DNA of 64,000 nucleotides from Octopus sinensis (lineage: Eukaryota). Positions within the stretch are counted from its first letter, which is position 1. Each line of letters opens with the position of its first letter. Under the pieces are notes generated by a model that was not told the DNA's origin, did not search any database, and worked only from the letters and a program-made list of their open reading frames with translations. Position numbers and translations under genes: made by a program. Positions 1-13,200 of the stretch are shown in pieces. The stretch is taken from NCBI RefSeq assembly GCF_006345805.1, contig NC_043002.1:68572001-68636000 (forward strand). Reading direction: 5' to 3'.

Positions 1-74
1 GATGAGTTTCTATTTCAACAACCTAGAAAAGTTATTGATAAAAATACAAAAATATTAAATATTAGTTTCAGATT

Positions 75-283
75 TTGGCACAAGGCCAGCAATTTTGGAG
101 AGGGGTTGAGTTCATTACATTGATCCCTAGTGCTCCATTCACCCTGAAAGTGCTCCTTCCATCCTGAAAGGACAAAAGGCAAAGTTGACCACAGTGGAAT
201 TTGAATTTAGAATGTAAAGACAGACAAAATGTCACTAAGCATTTACCCCAGTGTCCTAACAATTCTGCCAGCTTGCCACCTTA
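75..283 (-). mobile_element. tRNA-headed SINE, family A (Meta/MESC-like central domain)
   Basis: Reverse complement of aaggcggcaagctggcaga...gagttcaaattcc...gactttgcctttcatcctttcggggtcgataaattaagtaccag; many copies in the window. Confidence 0.75.
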
Positions 284-967
284 AAGAATATCAAATATGG
301 AAGTTAAATATCAACACCAGTACCTCATACAATATAACAGACACATAACGATTTTCCTATAAACCTTTCTATAATTAACCCCTTTGGTACCAACCTGGCT
401 GAAACCACCTCTGGCTCTATAGTACAAATGTCTGGTTTTCATAAGTTTTGAATTAAAATCTTGCACTAAAAATTAGTGTGGAGGTGCGTGGCTTAGTGGT
501 TAGGGTGTCAGCATCATAATCGTAAGATTGTGGTTTTGATTCCTGGACCGGGCAACGCGTTGTGTTCTTGAGTAAAACACTTCATTTCATGTTGCTCCAG
601 TTCACTCAGCTGTGTTAGAGTGGCGCCCCATCCAGCTAAGGAACACATACGCCATGGAAACTGGGCCCATGAGCCTGGCTAGGCTTTAAAAGGGCGCATT
701 TATTTTATTTTACCAAATCTTAGTCACAATTTATGTCCCTAACACTAGTTTAATGATAACTAAGTTATTCTACTAAATTCTTTGCTATATTTAAAATTAA
801 TTGAAAGAAACACAGAGCATCTCAAAATAAATATAGTAACAAAAGGATTAAAAAGAAAAAGAATACAAGGCAGAAAAACTATATGGCTTAGTCAGAAGAG
901 GAAGTGTAACAATTTTGTGGGGCTTTAGAGGGTGGGACAAAGGAGAAGAGAGGAAGTTATGCTCAGC

Positions 968-988
968 CTAGATATCCAGCTTGAATAC
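968..988 (-). CDS. MTBP: Probable terminal coding exon (VFKLDI*)
   Basis: Acceptor ttcattctgttgcag|GTA TTC AAG CTG GAT ATC TAG; phase 0 matches the preceding exon; position fits the short V-I-D tail of MTBP. Confidence 0.5.
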   Translation of the reverse strand, partial: VFKLDI

Positions 989-3490
989 CTGCAACAGAAT
1001 GAACCCTCCTAAGGGTACCCAAGGGCTAAGTGGTGGTACAAAACTGGGTGATGGATTTGGTTTACCACCCACCCATGGTTATGGGGGAAAAGGTATCTAA
1101 AAGTTCACATTGGCATTATTAGCGAAAGTAATTGTTATGGCAATGACATTCAAGTAAACAATACAGTTTTGAAGCAGGTCTGTCACTGAAGCATGACAAA
1201 TAAGTAATTGGAAATGGGAATGATTAAATAAATATAAGAAAACTCACATGTTTTACTTGATTTTCAGCTAATCTTCTCATCTCTTGTCCAAGTTTACGAG
1301 AGTCTGGGAGATCCTGAATTATAACAATATTGTAGTAAAATAGGTGCTAAAATACTGGAATGTAATGAGCTAAGAAATTAAAATTATTAGGTTGGAAACA
1401 AAGTCCTGTTGCATTTTTTAAACAATCACTTTGAGGATACTTTTTAAAAAATATTTATAGTAAAATAAGCATTAATTTTTACATTCTAATGTAATCATTC
1501 GTGCGTGATTGTTACCAGCGTTGCCTTACTGGCACATGAAAAAAACACTCGAGCGAGGTCGTTGTTAGTGCAGGTGGCACATAAAAAACACCATTTGAGC
1601 ATGGCTGTTGCCAGTACTGCCTGACTGGCCCTTGTGCCAGTGTCATGTAAAAGCACCCACTATACTCTCGGAGTGGTTGGCATTAGGAAGGGCATCCAGC
1701 TGTAGAAACTCTGCCAGATCAGATTGGAGCCTGGTGCAGCCATCTGGTTCGCCAGTCCTCAGTCAAATCGTCCAACCCATGCTAGCATGGAAAGTGGACG
1801 TTAAATGATGATGATGATGATGAATACTGAATAGTTTATAACTTAAAAAAGAATAATGGGGATGGGGAAGGGGAAATATCCAAGGAAGCTTGTTGCATGT
1901 AAACGATTAGTAAAGTTTCTTTTCTTTTCAGGTTATCTACAAAATTATCAGATGGAAATACTTCCTGCATATGAACAAAATATTCAACAAAGCTCTTGTT
2001 TCTTTCCCTTTTTCTCTGTTGCTGTTTAAGTGGTCATTTTTTATCATACTTGGATGGGTAAGATGGATTTTATTGAAGTAGACTTTTGTATGTTTGGATG
2101 CCCTTCCTGTCACCAACCCTCACCTTTTTCTAAGCAAAGTAATATATTCCCGCGTACAGGCATGCTTTCATGGAAGATTAGAAATGAATGACACTGCTTG
2201 TGTGACAGAGGTGTGTTTTTGTCCTAGTTATGCAAGGCAAAGGGATACAATCACACACAGAGGTTTATATATTATTATCATTATCATCATCATTTAATGT
2301 TCGTCTTCCATGCTCTAGCATGGGCTGAATGGTTTGACAGGATCTAAATGGCCTGAGGACTGCATTTATATATAAATAAATATATTATATATATAAATAT
2401 ACACACACACATATATATATATATACTACTACCACCACCATCATACAACATCTGTTGTCCATGCTGACATGGGTTGGACGGTTTGACTAGGGCTGGTAAG
2501 CAGAGTTGCTGCACCAGACTCCAGTCTGATTTGGCATGGTTTTTATGGCTGGCTGCCCTTTCTAATGTTAACCACTCCAAGAGTGTAATGGGTGCTTTTA
2601 CAAAGAACGCAAATGGGGTTTGAAATTTAATACAGCTGTTTCTGTAGAATTTTGTCAATACATTCATAGATTACATCATAGCATAAATACATCATCTTTG
2701 GGTAAAATTTTATACAGGTATAAACAGACAAGGTAAAACCTTGATGATGACCTATTCAACAACCAGCTTATTCATCATGTTGGGTGTTGAATAGATCATT
2801 GCACACATAATAGGCGTTTTTTTGTCCCTAAATCCACTTTTCTTTTAATAAATTTATATTATTAGAATAAAGAGTTTTTTCTTTCAAAATAGATGTTAAA
2901 CATTCTGTCCAATAATAGGAAAAGTATTTAATAATAAAAACACACAAAAACCGTTAGATTCACTTCAACATTTAAATTTAATTTGTCAAAATATTTTTAT
3001 CGCTTTGAAACTACAACCGGTTCTCTGACAAAACATTGTTTCAAAGAGCCGAATACGTATGTATGTATGTACATATGAATGTTTGTAGATGTATATGTAT
3101 ATATACATGTTAATGTATGTTTGTGTACTAATATGTGTTTCTGTTCAAGTTGTATATATGACTGTTACACACACACACATATATATATGTATATATATAT
3201 ATATATATCATCATCATCATCATCATCGTCGTTTAACGTCCATTCTCCATGCTAGCATGGGTTGGACGGTTCGACCGAGGATCTGGGAAGCCAGAAGGCT
3301 GCACCAGGCTCCAGTCTTATCTGGCAGTGTTTCTACAGCTGGATGCCCTTCCTAACGCCAACCACTCCGTGAGTGTAGTGGGTGCTTTTTACGTGCCACC
3401 TGCACAGGTGCCAGGCGAGGCTGGCAACGGCCACGGTCGGATTGGTGTATTTTATGTGCCACCGGCACGGAAGCCAGACGAGGCGGTGCT

Positions 3491-3537
<47 letters not shown>

Positions 3538-3786
3538 TTCGAGACAAAACCACTACTTTGCAAAACAAACAAGGAAAGACTTAATCAATACATAAAAATT
3601 TTTAATATAAAGAAATAAACCGCCACTACAAAAATTTTTATGTAATGATTAAGTCTTTCCTTGTTTGTTTTGCAAAGTAGTGGTTTTGTCTCGAATTAAT
3701 ATTATATAATATTTTACTATAAAATTGGATTTAATCCCAAATCTGATTTTTTCCCTGTAAATTTGGATTTATTCCCTAATATTTAT

Positions 3787-3839
<53 letters not shown>

Positions 3840-3846
3840 TATACAC

Positions 3847-3907
<61 letters not shown>

Positions 3908-6900
3908 TCATCATCATTGTTTAGCATCCGCTTTCCATGCTAGCATGGGTTGGACGGTTCAACTGGGGATCTGGGAAGCCAGAAGGCTGCACCAGACCCA
4001 GTCTGATCTGGCAATGTTTCTACGGCTGGATGCCCTTCCTAATGCCAACCACGCCGTGAGTGTAGTGGGTGCTTTTTACGTGCCACCACAGTCAAATGGT
4101 GAATGGATACAATGTCTTAGATACATACATACAAATATAAACCAACCTATACATATGTACAAGCACACACAATCATATAAACACATATACTCACACACAT
4201 ATATATGTATAATCTTATAGTATACACAAAGCTTTGATGCAGCATGGAATTTTGTCAGTGAACAGGTCGCAGTTTCAAAGCAACGAAAATATTTTGACAA
4301 ATTAAATTTACATGTTGAAGTGAATCTATTTACTAATAATTTTATAGAAACCTTTCTCAAACAAAGTACTATTGACAAAAACATATTCATAAAATTTGTT
4401 ACACGAAAGTGAAAAAAAAACTTTTTATTTGTAATATTTAAATAAGATAAAAGCAATGAATACGTTCTATTAATACAAATGAATTTGAAACTACATTTAC
4501 CATGACATAAAGTTTGGTGACCTTATAAAGACGTTGAAAGCAAGAAGAAAATATTTCATCTTTTTCTGTAAGACCTTCTTTCTTTAAAACATATTTGACG
4601 ATTGATTCCAGTTTCTACAGATGAAAAAAGATTCCAGTTAAGCAAATATAATTTATTTTTGTTTTTTAAATAGATTTCACATTAAATTTATATAAATATT
4701 GGTTCAAAGTTTGGCAGAAGGCCAGCAATTTTAAGAGAGGTGCAAGTTGATTACATCAACCCTAGTGCAAAATTGGTACTCATTTTATTGACTCTGAAAG
4801 GATGGAAGGCAAAGTTGACTTGGTGGAATTCGAACTCAGAACAAAGACTGATGAAATGCTGTTTAGCATTTTGCCTGATGTGCTAACAATTCTGCCAGCT
4901 CACTACATTAATTTAATATAAATATTAATAGTAGTTTTCTTGGGTTAAGGCAGCAAGCTGGCAGAAATGTTAGCATGCCAGGCGAAATGCCTAGCAGTAT
5001 TTCGTCTGTCTTTACGTTCTGAGTTCAAATTCCGCTGAGGTTGACTTTGCCTTTCATTCTTTCAGGATTGATAAATTAAGTACCAGTTACATTCTTGGGT
5101 TGATCTAATTGACTGCTCCCACCTCCCCCAAAATTTTGGGCCTAGAGTAGAAAAGAATATTTTTCTTAGGTTACAAAGCCAAATTTTGTAATACAGAAAG
5201 AAACTTGTTTGATTCAAAATTTAGTATATTATGAGTACTATTTTACCAACTAAGTGAAACAAAATGTAAATTTGAAACAGACAACTACAATGCACCAATG
5301 ACTAAGATTATGTTAAACATCAGATTCAGTGTTGGAGAAAGAGTTAATTTACATTTGTAGTTACTCAGAATAGTGACTAGAATAAAAATGAAAATCGTTT
5401 TGCCATATATTCATTTTTTAAAAGAAAAAATAAGTTCTTTCATGTGTTTCAACACTAGCTTTCATTAAATTGGTCAATTACTTGACTGATTTGCATAGAG
5501 CTATTTCGTACTTGTTGCCCTTTATAAGAAGGTCCCTCTTCTCAGTTAGTTTGATTGTTCATGTGAAGTAAAATGATACCACTAGCAAAGCTTGAATTTC
5601 AAACTTCTAAGCTCAGCAGATTTCACATGGTCAATACTTGACCATTAGGAATAACAGTTAATTTGTTTAATGTTGAAAGGAGATACAATTCATTGGCTTA
5701 ATTCAAGCCTATTACCATTATTTTATTGCTTCTGAAAATTTGAATGCAGAAATGTGAAACTCATCTGAGCCATTTATAATTCAAGATAATAAATATCAAT
5801 TTTTTTCCTTTATACATACATGAAGTCCTTTTACATGAGTGCTGAATGAGAAAAGACAATTATGTGACTTCAGACTGTAATTGTTTCTTATATTACAGGG
5901 TACCAGCTAGTTGAATTGTCAGCGCGCTAGCATACTAGACAAATTGACAGAGTTGTCTTTAACCCTTTCACTACAGTATTTATTTTGAGATGTTCTGTGT
6001 TTCTTTCAACTACTTTAAATATAACACAGAATTTAGTAAAATAACTTAGCTAGTGTTAGGAACATAAATTGTGACTAAGGTTTGGTGGAAGATTTTAATT
6101 CAAAACTTATGAAAACAAGACATTTGTACTCAGAGCCAGAGCTGGTTCCAGTCAGGTTGGTAACGAAAGGATTAATGCTTATTTGACCAGGTGCGGGCAT
6201 GGCTTTATGGTTAAGTAGTTTGCTTGTCAATCACACGGTTTTGAGTTTAGTCTTACTGTATGGTGCCTTGGGTCAGTGTTTCCTATTATAGCTAAAGCCA
6301 ACCAAAGCTCTATGAGTGGATTTGGTAGATGGAAACTGAAAAAATCCCATCGTATGTGTGTGTATATATATATATATATATATTTGTTGTTGGCATCCTT
6401 TTTGTCTCAGGAGACAATGGAGTTGCGCATAAAATAATCTAGTCCGGCTTTTACATTTCATGTCCTAAATCTCCTGCTGTGGCTGTGTAGTCCTATCCTG
6501 GACAAACACTCCCTCTGGCAGGTGCTGCAAATGTAGCGAAGACTTTGCCTGGCTGGTTGTAATGTCATAGTTTCTTGTTGACGTCTTTTCTTGTCTTTCC
6601 ATTTCTCCTCTCTCTCTCTCTCTCTGTCACTCCTTTGTGTTCCCTCTTTTACGGTATGTCGCCAATCTCCATGGTTGCTGGCAACTGTTTCCCAGTTGCT
6701 AATATTGATGTTGCAGGCCTTCATGTCCCTTTTGCAAACATCCTTGTATTGTAAGAACGGTCTTCCACAGACTTAGTGCTCCTAGCAAGCTCTCTGTAGA
6801 GTATGTCCTTGGGGATTCTGCCATCTTCCATATGCCTAACATATCCCAGCCATCTCATACGTCTGTATAAGGAGTGCAAACATGCTTGGTATCCCTGCTT

Positions 6901-7239
6901 GCTTGAGGACATCTTTGTTGGGGACATGATTCTGCCATTTGATGCGAAGGATTATATATATATATATAATGGTTCACAATCAAGGTGCAGAAATGGTGTT
7001 TGCTGAATGAACAAGGTAGTGTAATCAGATGGCAGAAAGAATTCCGCAAATTAGGTACTCCAAAGTCAGTTGGAAGGCCAGGGGTCTGTATGAACGTGCA
7101 GTAAATAGTAAATCCCCCCCCCAAAAAAAAACCTGAAGAACACAAGAAAAATACAACGCAAGGATGTAGTACATAATACTTTGCATGTACCACATCCTCA
7201 TATTGTTGTTTTTTTCTTGTTTGTTCTTTGTTTTTTATT

Positions 7240-7293
<54 letters not shown>

Positions 7294-10200
7294 AGTAGCA
7301 CATATAATGCATGTAGTGTGAAGCATCCATAGTAATATATACACACACATATATAGAAGGTGTATATATTTGTATGTCTTGTCTTGATATTATGTAAAGT
7401 TTGTGAGGGTCACTCATATCTACCTATCCACTTCCATACCCATAAAATCTTTATATATTTTTTTTTCTATCCTTTACCTCTTACATCCATGAACGTTTTG
7501 AAACTAGTAAAATCTTAAAACTTTAAAAACTTTTAAATCTATCACAAAAATCCTTAAATCTATCACAAAAATTAAACCTCATTCTACCCTTTTTTATCTT
7601 GTTTTACCGTCTTTCAATTTTCTTTAATTTATTCAGTTATAATATTTCAGCTTCCCCCTTCACCTACCTTCCTAACCTCTCCTACTAAAGGTGTTACCTT
7701 GCTGTCTTAGTATACAATACTCTAATCATGTTGCCTGAGATACACCAATACATTATCCACACCAACAAATTATAACCAAAATTGTATCCCATCTATCAGA
7801 GTCCTCTACACGACTAGAAAAAATACATTTCAATTTTGAACATTGTTGACACCCAATAAGAGACCGATTCACTCTACATTAGAGAAATATATATCTATCT
7901 CAGAAAGAACAATCACTACTAAGTCACTCACACATACATGTAAACATTCTAGAAGTACCTGTCAACAAAACTTTACTTACCAACCCTTCAACCACTAACA
8001 CACTGGAGTACTGTATAGTATTTCTTTTACTAAGACTTATAACCTTTCTTCCACTCACCACCCAAACCACACATCTCTTCTTTCCTTTTATGTTTATCCT
8101 TAAAAACCACACACTATCCAAGTCTCTATCTTTAGAATTGCCACCCTCTTCCCACTTTTTCCTAAAAAACATCAACTGCAGAAAAACAAGAGAGAGAGAG
8201 TATTCTTATACCAGGGCAGTAGCAGTTGCCAAGTTTTGAACTGTTTAAGATTTTGAAGACTAACATAAATTCTATTATACATCAGTACTTTCATGTGAGA
8301 AGTGGACAAATAGTAAACCCCTCTCCCAGTTTTATGATCACTCGAATAATGAACATTGAAGTTGATTCTAATTCTGATGGAATAAGAACTTTAAAATGGT
8401 AGTGAAACATAAAGCACACACTCCAACCTTTTACCATTTTCACAAATTCTATGAGACTACATACCTGTTTATGTCGTTCTGAACGAGACACTTTTTTCTT
8501 CTTCAATTCATTATCGGTGGCCTGAATTGGTTCTTTGCTGGATTTTACAAGAGACCTGTTTTTGAACTGTTCTCCTGTAGCATTTGTTGATGTTTCTACA
8601 AGCTCTTTGGCAGACATATGTCTTGTCATCACATGGGATAATTTCTTTTGTTTTGCATTTCTTGAGTCTTGTAATTTTGGGTCAGACATGCTTCGGTTTT
8701 CTAAGCTGGCAACAGCATTTCGCCTATGATTAGAGAAAAAAAAAAGGCTTAATTTTCATGAAAAAATAACCCTAACAGCAATGATGCTTGTTGATGCTCC
8801 CCACCCATTATCATCATGTGCTAATGCTCACTTTCCATTTTCCATGCAAGCATGGGTTGTTATGGACCAAGTCAGTTCTTATTCAGTGTTACTCTCTTCC
8901 TAGACAGGTTGGAGGATGATGTCTACTCATACATTTCATTTTCAGTTAGGTCTCAATGGCCAGCTGCTCTTTCTGTCATCAACCCCTTGGTACATTTTCA
9001 CAGTTGAGAAGTTGTCATGTCCTCGGTAAGGCTAAAGGGTCCTTTCCATTCATATGCCAACCACATTACAGAGTGTAACCAATGGACTTAACCATGACAC
9101 CTATACTGATAAATATTAAACACTCTACCAGTGATGCTGTTTGTCATGTAGCAGAAGTATAAATTCCATATAATTTTACTCACAAAGTTTGGATTAAATA
9201 AAGTCAAGAAACGGTGTATGTATGAACCAGTCTCTCTTCTATAAGGCTAAAATACAACTTGCACCATGTAAAAAACCCTGGTGACGGTGGCACATAAAAA
9301 GCACTGATGATTGTATCACATAAAAAGCACTGGTGAAGGTACCACGTAAAAAGTACCTAGTATAATCTGTAAAGTGGCTGGTGTTAGGAAGGACATCCAG
9401 CTGCAGAAACTAAACCAAAACAGACTATGGAACCTGGTTTGGCCCCTGGTCATGCCAACTCCTGTCAATCTATCCAACCCATGCCAGCATGAAAAACAGA
9501 CATTTAATGGTGATGACGACTATGAAGTACTGCTCTTATATCCAGGATAGAGGACCTATTTTGATAATTTCCAGTTTGAACTGCATTTAGGGAAAAAATG
9601 ATCAGTTTGATAAATAAACCATTCCTTAGTGGGAAGACCCCTTCTCCCACTTCTCCCATCATTATTATGTTGTATGCTTTCTTTACTTGTGTACTATAAT
9701 TACTATAAATCATCATCATCATCATCATTTAACGTCCGCTTTCCATGCTAGCATGGGTTGTACTTTACAAATCAGAACTTTGCTGCTGTACTCTGCATTG
9801 ATTCAAACTAAGTTGTTATGTTAAGTTCGCTACATTTCACCACACATATTCTGTCTCATAATACATACAATCCTCCATTCAGAGAACTACTGTTCTGTGT
9901 AACTACTTTCTTTAACATGCTTTACATATTACACTCAAGTTCAGGACTGGCCAACTTGAATTACAAAGAGGGCCACTTTAATCACAGAAAGTTTTTTGAG
10001 GGCTGTTTGTATACTTTATGCACTAATAGTCAAATAATCAAATTAGAGATTCAAGAATTTTTCATATTTTTCGTTTGCTTAAAATTATAAAATTGTAGGC
10101 TACTGTTTTATTGCCACTTATAAATTTTAAATTTATTTTGAAACAAATGTTTTATGCAAACAATTTTATTTTGAAATTGAACACAATACTTCAAGAGAGT

Positions 10201-13200
10201 ATCAAGAGGGCTGCAAGATAAAAGTCTGCAGACTGTGGGCCTCAGGTTGGCCAGCTCTGCTCAAGTTTAATGTTTCAAATGCAAGCATAATGAAATTAAT
10301 CTGAACTACCCTTCAATTTCTTAGATATAAAAGTGCCTTAATAGGTTATGGATAATACCCTTGTAGATAGGGAACAAAGACTATATGTACCCCATACAAT
10401 GTGGTGCTTCCTCAATGAATACAATAAAAATTATTGATTTCTATTTTGGCACAGGGCCAGCAATTTTGAGGTAGGGGCTAAGTCAATTACATCAACCTCA
10501 GTGTTTAACTGGTACTTACTTTATCAACCCTGAAAGAATGAAAGGCAAAGTTGACCTTGGCAGAGATTGAACTCAGAATGTAAAGAGGGATGAAATGCTG
10601 CTAAGCATTTTGCCCGGCATATCAACGGTCCTACCAGCTTGCTGCCTTAATAAATTAAAAAATTATTTGATAGGCCAGCTGGAATAGCTAAATGTTCACT
10701 TGTAGGTCTTACATAAGAATCTCCAGGACTTTCTGTGACCAAGCCATCCTACCTCTCTTTCTTTAAGGAAAAAGACACCCTTAGTGTGCAAATCGTGAAT
10801 TATAACCATCACCCTACAAAAGGCATCAAGAATTTGACGTTTTGATTAAGGTCGAATTACTTTTACTTTAACTTGATATATATAAATAATATATATATGG
10901 TCCACTCTGCTGGATGGTTGGTGTTAGGAAGGATATCTAGCTGTAAAAAACATGCCAAAACTGACACAGCAGTCTGGTGCAGGCTCCTACCTGGCCAGCT
11001 TCTATCAATCCGTCCAACCCATGCACACATGGAAGGTGGACATTAAATGATGATGATGATCATCATCATCATTAATGTCCATTGTCCAAGAGTTGGACGG
11101 TTGACCAGGGCTAATAAACTGAGGGGAAACAGGTGAAGATTGGGAGCAGGAAAGGCATCTAGTTGCAGAAAATGTGCCTCAACAAACTCCATCCAACCCA
11201 TGCAAGCATGAAAAAGTGGACACTAAAACAGCAACAATGATGATGCTGTTTGTGCTATTTAAATGTAAAAATCTGCAAAACTCTTAATTACTGTCTACAA
11301 CACTGCAGGATGTCATGACACCTTGCTTGGAAACTACTGACTTAGACTAAGCTATAAACTATAATTAGAATAGAATCCTTTTATCACTATACACACTAGC
11401 TTAGTACATACATTGACATTTTTGGTTAAGTAAGTTAGACAAATACAGAGGTTAAACAAATTTGTGGCACTCCGTCGGTTACGACGAGGGTTCCAGTTGA
11501 TCCGATCAATGGAACAGCCCGCTTGTAAAATTAATGTGTAAGTGGCTGAGCACTCCACAGACACGTGTACCCTTAATATAGTTCTCGGGGAGATTCAGCG
11601 TGACACAGAGTTCACCAAGGCTGGCCCTTTGAAATACAAGTACAAAAGAAACAGGAAGAAAGAGTGAGAGAAAGTTATAGTGAAAGAGTACAGCAGGGTC
11701 GCAACCACCCACTACTGAAGCCTCGTAAAGCTTTTAGGTGTTTTTGCTCAATAAACACTCACAACGCTCTGGTCTGGGAATCAAAACTGCAATCCTACGA
11801 CTGCGAGTCCACTGCCCTCACCACTGGGCCATTGTGCTTCCACTAATAAATCAATAAGATAGCATTGATCATCATTACAAGAAGTAACAGAAACAAAAAT
11901 ACTATGCATAAATAATTAGCACAAACAGTGTTCAGGGTTTTGCATATTCAGAGGTTGTGACCAGTTAGAGGAGGTATGAGCAATCTGCAGCATTTAGACT
12001 TCATGCAACTTTTTAAGACGATTTTTGTATGGTAATGTCATGATTACATAATATATAGATAGAATATTTTTTCTTAATTAAAATTTTTGTAACACAATTT
12101 TGAGGTCAGACTCTGTTAATTTAATCAATTTTGTCCATCAGAGTTAACTTTGCCCTTTATTTTCATCTACTTCCCGAGGAAGTAAGAATCAATTGTATGC
12201 TGATTCAATTCAGCATAGCGATTATTATTTTACCTTTTCCTTTAAAAATTTCTGGACCAGTCTTAGTATATGCATATATCGCCATCATCATCATCATCAT
12301 TAAACGTCTGTGTTCCATGCTATCATAGCTGGGACGGTATCACAAAAGCCGGTCAGGCTGAAGCCTGTACGAGACTTCTGTGACTGTCTTTACAGCTGGG
12401 TGCCCTTCCTAAAACCAACCACTCAACATACATATACATACAAGCTTACACACACACACATATATACGGGTGTATATGTGTGTACACACACATACACAGA
12501 TTATGGGGACCAGCCTGCTGTGCAGTATCTTGAGCAAGTGTCTTCTACAGCCACAGGCTTGTTGAGGGGATTTGAAAGACAGATTTGATTGAAAGAAGCT
12601 TGATATATATAAACGTGTGTGTGTGTGTACACACATGCATTCATGTGTGTATATATGTGCTTGTTTGTTTACATTTTTACTTCTTCAAAATTGCTGAGAT
12701 ACAAGCAGTGATCTTGTCATTTCCTCTGTCAACAAATTGTCTACTTGTTTTGTACTTTTGAAGCTGTGTGCAATAAGGGATCATTTATTTGAAAAAAACA
12801 GGCAAGAAGGACATCCAACAATAAAATATTGCTTCAAAAATTTATCCATCGAACCCATGATATCTTTGAAAAACATGCAAAACAAACTGCTTTGATGCAA
12901 ACTAAGCTATTATATTTGACTTTCTACATTTCACCACTAAATTTTATTTTTCTCTATCTTCATTATGAGAACTACTGCTCTCAATCAAATTTTTATGATT
13001 TACTTAGTGTAATATATGCCATTTTGTACTACATACGTACTACCTCAACTGAGTTCAGAAGTGAGTCTCTAATTTGATTGGTTCCTCTCTTGCCTCAACT
13101 CTGCAACTCTTGTCACAGTGATGTGACATTATCAGTCTTAGTTGAATTTCCTCTCTTAGTTCTGGATCACTTTGTGCCATCTCATCTAACTCAAAACACA

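Noticed and set aside
479-560. tRNA gene-like heads (also 22469, 47428, 52777)
   Set aside because: A/B-box-like 5' parts run into SINE bodies with no complete cloverleaf; these are SINE heads, not tRNA genes.
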